Origin: Anthoceros angustus
Lineage: Eukaryota > Plantae > Anthocerotophyta
Direction of reading: 5' to 3'
NCBI GenBank assembly: GCA_010909165.1
Contig: MU008168.1
Coordinates: forward strand, 1,054,001 to 1,118,000
DNA: 64,000 nt
Each line of letters opens with the position of its first letter. Positions within the stretch are counted from its first letter, which is position 1. The notes beneath the pieces were generated by a model that saw only the letters and a program-made list of their open reading frames with translations, was not told where the DNA came from and did not search any database. A program made the position numbers and the translations under genes. Shown piece by piece: positions 58,744-64,000 of the stretch.

Positions 58744-61391
58744 TCACGGCCGACCCTGACAACTGCAAGAACCAGCAGCGAATCGATGCACACGGTACCC
58801 ATCCCTTACAACAATGTCTCTCTGTTCAAGCCTTGACATTATCTCCGTGGAACTGTGGCAGTCACTGCACATGCGTAGATTCTTAGTCACCACCAGAGGT
58901 GTGCCACTCGGCATGTTCAAGAGACCATAGGCCAAAGCTAACTTCTCAGCATGCCCACAAAGCGAATCCTCCTTTTCCTTCTCAGACAGTGGCTTCAACA
59001 CCAACTTTGTCTGTGGTATATGGCCCCCTTCCTGCTTCAGACGTGCATTCGTGGTCTCTACCTTGAGCGCAATATCCTCTCTTCTTTCTCCCACCGCAAA
59101 TGTATGCACCTGCTTATTCACCTCAATGGTCACCACTGCAGGTTTCTTGTTAGCTCCTGCCACCATTCTCTGTGTTTCAACCCTGTCTACATCGCTCCAC
59201 CTACCTGCATCTGCGTAGGCATTGGCCATGAGCGCGTATGCGGGCGCATCCTGGGGGTCCAGCCTAACAATGCTTTCAAAACACCAGATCGCCCTCTCTA
59301 TATCCCCATGACTTTTGCAGGCATTCAACAAACACCTTAAGCACACAAGATTACTTTGGCCCTCGCATTGAGCATCTTCTCTGCTTCATCTAAATGGCCT
59401 GCACGTCCAAGCAGATCAATCATGCAAATGTAGTGCTCAATAGTAGGTTTGATGCCGTGCTGTTCAGCCATGGGATCAAAGTGCTTACAACCCTCGTGGA
59501 CCAGTCCCCCGTGACTGCATGCTACCAAAAGGCAAGTAAAAGTAGCATCATTAGGCTGAATACCGGCAACTAACATCTCCTCAAAACAAGCTAGTGCTTT
59601 GTGACCTTCATCACAAGTACCATAACCCGATATGAGGGCCGTCCATGTCACTACATCCTTTGTGTCCATGCTGTCAAAAACCTGCCGGGCAGCGTCCACT
59701 TCACCACATTTTGCATACATGTCCACCAGGCAGGTGCTCAACACTACGTTACCCAGCAGTCCTCGTTCCACAATCTGTGAGTGCAGCTGCCTGCCCTTCT
59801 GTAACGCACCGGTGCTTCCACAGGCCTTCAGAAGGCAAGCAAATGTCAAATCATCAGCCAAAATGAGGCTCGCCTCCTCCATTTGACCATACACAACAAG
59901 CGCCTCTTGGCGGAGTCCTTGCTGAGCATACCCAGATATTAGGGCATTCCCTGTCACCACATCCTTCGTGGCTAAGCTGTCAAACACCTGGCGTGCATTT
60001 TCCAGTTCACCACATTTTGCAAACATGTCCACCAGACAGTTGCCCAACAATGGGTCATCCAGCAGTCCTCTGTCAACAATCAGTGAGTGCAGCTGTTTGC
60101 CCTTCTGTGAGTCACCAGTGCTTCCACAGGCTTCGAGAAGGCAAGCAAAAGTAACATAGTTAGCCAAAATCAGCCCCTCCTGCTCCGTTTGTCCATACAG
60201 AACAGTGCCTCATGTCCGAGACCTTGCTCCGCATACCCAGCTATCAGGGCATTCCATGTCACCACATTCTTTGTGTTCATGCTGTCAAAAACCTTGCGAG
60301 CATCTTTCAGTTCACCACATTTTGCATACCCAGATGTAATTTGGTATTTTTGAAAATAAATCAAAACAACCCCGGGGGAACAATCAGCTCGCCACATTTT
60401 GCATACATATCCAGCAAGCAGTTGCCAACGAACAAGTTACTAGGAAGACCACTGTGCAACACATCACGGTGCACTTTTCTGCCAGATTCCAAGTCGGCTG
60501 CAAATGCACAAGCTTGAAGGGCAGCTACAAAGACATGCGCATCCGCCTTCACTCCTGACCTACGCATCTCATGGTACAGTTGTATGGCCTCAGTTGGTTT
60601 CCCATGCTTAGCATATGCAGAGATTATGGAAAACCACATGAACGTATCCATGGCCTCCTGAAGACTACCTGCTCCTGCATACATGCGCAAGATATGGTTC
60701 CCCACGCATGCATCCGACTGGAGCCCAAGTTTGACAGTGAGATCATGAACTCGTCGCCCGACAGCCAGATCCTTCTTAGCTGCACACAGTTTTACCACAG
60801 TGTAAAACAGAGACAGAGAAATGACAGCGTCTGTTTGCGCCAGAGATTCAGGGCTCCGACGGCCTCAGAAAGCTTCCCCTGCTGACATAACGTGCGCACG
60901 GTTACAGCCGTTACGACGCCCTTTCCTGATCCTGGACGCCTGCCAGGTTCAGGCTTATGCGGGGAGCCCGACTCGGAAGGAGTGGCACCATGACCCATCT
61001 GCCTATCCAAGGAAACGAGCTGCTCATCAACCCACGCTGGCTTAAGCATGTTGTTTAACCACAGCACCTCGCCGGACCCCTTACGCCGGATGTGAGGCGA
61101 ACGGGAGCTCTTCTTATCTCGTCTGTTGTCCCACCACATGGTAGGGTCCAGAAAAAATTGTTGCCACAATCGCTCCTGCTCCTGGCGACGACCATCGCCG
61201 GACAGCTCGTCCTGACCCACAGATTTTCTGGAAAACGGAAGCACTGGGCTCCTCACACTGCTGCACCTGAAGGCTTCGTTTGCCAGGGGTTGAGGCTCTG
61301 CAGTGAGGTGAGCGGGAGCTCCTGGTAGAATCTCTGTACACACACCAATTTGTTGGGTCCACACCGAGTCTGGTTGCCTTACTGTTGTCAT
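58744..61391 (-). pseudogene. PDF-like motif + PLS PPR + E1/E2 + DYW:KP (GRP-type) putative U-to-C editing factor (locus B); frameshifted in this assembly
   Basis: LWQQFFLDPTMWWDNRRDK...EVLWL...PAWV; PLS triplets; P2-L2-S2; E1/E2; then KKPAVVTIEV...GHAEKLALAYG...KNLRMCSDCH...HRFAAGSCSCQGRP*. Single-base frameshifts lie near 60850, 60200 and 59350, and there is a ~55-bp insertion at about 60330-60384. Confidence 0.9.
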
Positions 61392-62370
61392 AGTTTAAAG
61401 ATTGCTGTCGGACGAGTCTAACAACATCCTAGCAGGCTGCTCCTACCTGTGTATGACCACACCACCCTGAAGCAGAGGGCAGACGGTCTTCTACTTTTAC
61501 AGACAAAACTTATGCTTGCAACACCGTATTCATTAGATCTACATATGTAAAGTTTTATCGGAAGCGAAGGGATTACGCGAAGACGCAGATGTTGGCATAG
61601 CCCATACAAAACGTGGCTGGTCCGCTTGAGCGGAATATTTTCTGAAAGTAGGGGTCCCTTAGAAAGCGAATAGTCAGCCACATTAATGATAGGGAAGATT
61701 GAGGAGGAAATGGGGCAATAAGAAAGAGCTCTGAAATTGTGCCGGAAAGTGAATACAAGTGCTTGGGCATGGCTCTTGGGCAGTGTGTGTGTCTGTGCTT
61801 CAAGCAGATATAGATATCCATTGCTGTTGCTAAGACTACTATGAAAAGTGAAGAAGACTACGGATTCTCTCCTACCTAGTTGTTTATCCTCGAGGTTTCT
61901 GTGCTGTGAATGGTTGACCTTACCCCCATCGTATATTATATGACTAACTACTAGAGTCAGGTTCACCTTCTTGGTTGACGGTGACGCGGCATATTTAATG
62001 TGTGACTGGTTGGAAACTGCGTGAAGTTACAAGGGTTGCCTCCATCTCTAGATCCTGTGAGTCCCTCCCTTTACCTACCAGACTTGGAGACACCCTTCTT
62101 AGCCGATAGTCACGCTACATATCTAGTGTGCGGCCGTTGGAAACTCTGTGACCTTCCAATGCTTGGCCACAATTGTAGTCATTGTGAGTCAGTCTCCCCA
62201 CACATGTGATTAGCCATTTTCGCTTGTTGAATCATCGAAGTCACAGAAGCATGAAGCCCTGAGAATGCCATCACCTCTTGTCCTCCTGCTTTTGCCTTGG
62301 GAGAAAGTCTCTGTTAACAATTTCTTCATTCCCGAAAGAGAGGAAAGTTAGTGCAAGCCCTCCATGTCCG

Positions 62371-62559
62371 GTTTCAGTTTGGACTGGAATTCTTGCGTGT
62401 AAGAAGGTTAGAAGGGCCTCTGTAAGAAGGTTAGAAGGGGTTTCAGTTTGGACTGGAATTCTTGCGTGTAAGAAGGTTAGAAGGGCCTCTGTAAGAAGGT
62501 TAGAAGGGGTTTCAGTTTGGACTGGAATTCTTGCGTGTAAGAAGGTTAGAAGGGCCTCT
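62371..62559. repeat. 69-bp tandem repeat, about 2.7 copies
   Basis: GTTTCAGTTTGGACTGGAATTCTTGCGTGTAAGAAGG... starts at 62371, 62440 and 62509. The subunit TGTAAGAAGGTTAGAAGGG occurs 5 times. Confidence 0.92.
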
Positions 62560-62899
62560 GGGCCATTAAGGACATGCATCAGGCCCTCTTGGGCTAAATG
62601 AATTTTGAGTTGAATGGAGTCAACTGGTTTGGATTGGATCCTAGACTTCGTTATATTAATCAACGTACACTGGCAAAATACTCATGACTTGCGTATCAAA
62701 AAGGGAGAATCCTTCAATTGCAAAAGACTTGGGATTTGTTTTTGAGAACGAATACTAGAATGCTGCGATTATAAAATACTCAATTGAAGTGATGATGAGT
62801 ATGATAAGTATTTTGGGAGTCATGATAGAGTATTGATAACGTACCATGGTGACAATGACCGCACTGACTGCACTGACTGCATTGACTGCACTGACTGCA

Positions 62900-63620
62900 C
62901 ACAACATTTCTCTCTGACAACCTGTCAGACACTTAAGATACATCCATTAAGCTCCTTCGCTTAACAAAAATATTTGAGTCAATTCCCCTTTGCATATTTG
63001 TAGCATGAATTTCTCTACCTTGTCGAAGTGGCCACAACTTAGCATATCTATGACTGCCATAATCTCATTTTCTGCATGGCTGCCACATGCGCCCAGATAG
63101 CTAACAGACGTTCATACATTGAGCATGACACCTGCCTTTTCCTCTGCTCATAAAGTGGAAAGGCATTTTCTTGTAGTTATGTTGAGCCATCATGGCAGTA
63201 AGTGCTTTCAATTCTTACAGAACTATCTGGAGCCTTGAGGCACATCGAGTCCCGCAACCACATGACCAGGGAGGGTCTAAGGGAGTGCCTTGACCCTGAG
63301 CTGGCCAGTGAATCTCCTTTAAGCAAGTTCTCCTATGGGCAATCTTTGGGCAACCATATGGTAGTGCTAGTGTTTCAGCATGTCCACTCAAAGCATCTTC
63401 ATCTTCATACAGGCCATTGCAGTCAACCTCCGCTGTCAAAATTAGCTGCTTTGTATTTATCCCATGGCTGCACCCTTCCATCCTCCAACTGCTATTGCAT
63501 ATTCTAGTTGTGACACTCCGTAGCATATGCCTACATACCTCCTCATTTATGAATCCCCTGCTTGTGGCAAGCAGGCAAGAGAGTGCAGCCTCATCAGCCT
63601 CACCACCTTCAAGTTGACTG
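62900..63620 (-). pseudogene. Highly decayed PPR/DYW:KP remnant (locus C)
   Basis: Minus-strand fragments DEAALSCLLATSRGFINEE (L2-like), EDEDALSGHAETLALPYG (compare EDSLCGHAEKLALAYG in locus B) and VIDMLSCGHFDKVEKF (compare MIDLLGRAGHLDEAEKM). Confidence 0.5.
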
Positions 63621-64000
63621 ATGCATCTCTTTCGAGAATATGCAATGCAAAAATAATGTTAGCTCTACAAGACCATTTTTGTCATAACATTGTGTGGTCT
63701 TGTTTCTGATTTGCTCATCCATCTCTCTACCATGGATGGTCCATATCATAAGCAGGACTACACAAAGATCAAAGATCATTCTCCGATAAAGTTGTGATGG
63801 TTCATCATGTGTATCGGTATCGAAGGGCCCCGAATTGTCCAATTGATAGAAATGATTTAAATCTAAATGTATACCAAAAACATAGCGCAGTAGAAGGTTG
63901 AGGCCTGCTCGGATGGAAGTCCTTCAGCGATTCTTTAGCATCTGGAATGGCCATAAATGCCAAGCATGTGTGAGCGGGTATCCATGGTTCTCACAGGCTG

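Noticed and set aside
1-64000. tRNA, rRNA or snRNA genes
   Set aside because: No T-loop/D-loop pattern, rRNA similarity or snRNA USE element was noticed by eye. A covariance-model scan was not possible.

Overview
Gene-dense eukaryotic plant nuclear DNA with short GT-AG introns, most likely from a hornwort (Anthoceros-like). This is inferred from three features occurring together: a nuclear, presequence-bearing nad7; PLS-class PPR genes ending in a DYW:KP/GRP deaminase; and epsilon-tubulin. Recognisable genes, in order: SEC24 (5' partial), a kelch/coiled-coil protein, NUP58, nuclear nad7, a disrupted TORNADO1-like LRR-Roc-COR gene, an F-box protein, NRPA1, thioredoxin x and epsilon-tubulin. 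About 14 kb (21.9-35.7 kb) is tandemly duplicated retroelement debris. There are two disrupted paralogous PPR-DYW:KP loci in inverted orientation, plus a probable third remnant. The most unusual signal is that both PPR loci carry an N-terminal motif matching the PDF ssDNA-binding motif of plant organellar OSB proteins, fused to homogenised 102-aa PLS triplets and a U-to-C-type deaminase. Exon boundaries were read by eye. Many single-base frameshifts may be long-read assembly errors. No database searches were run.
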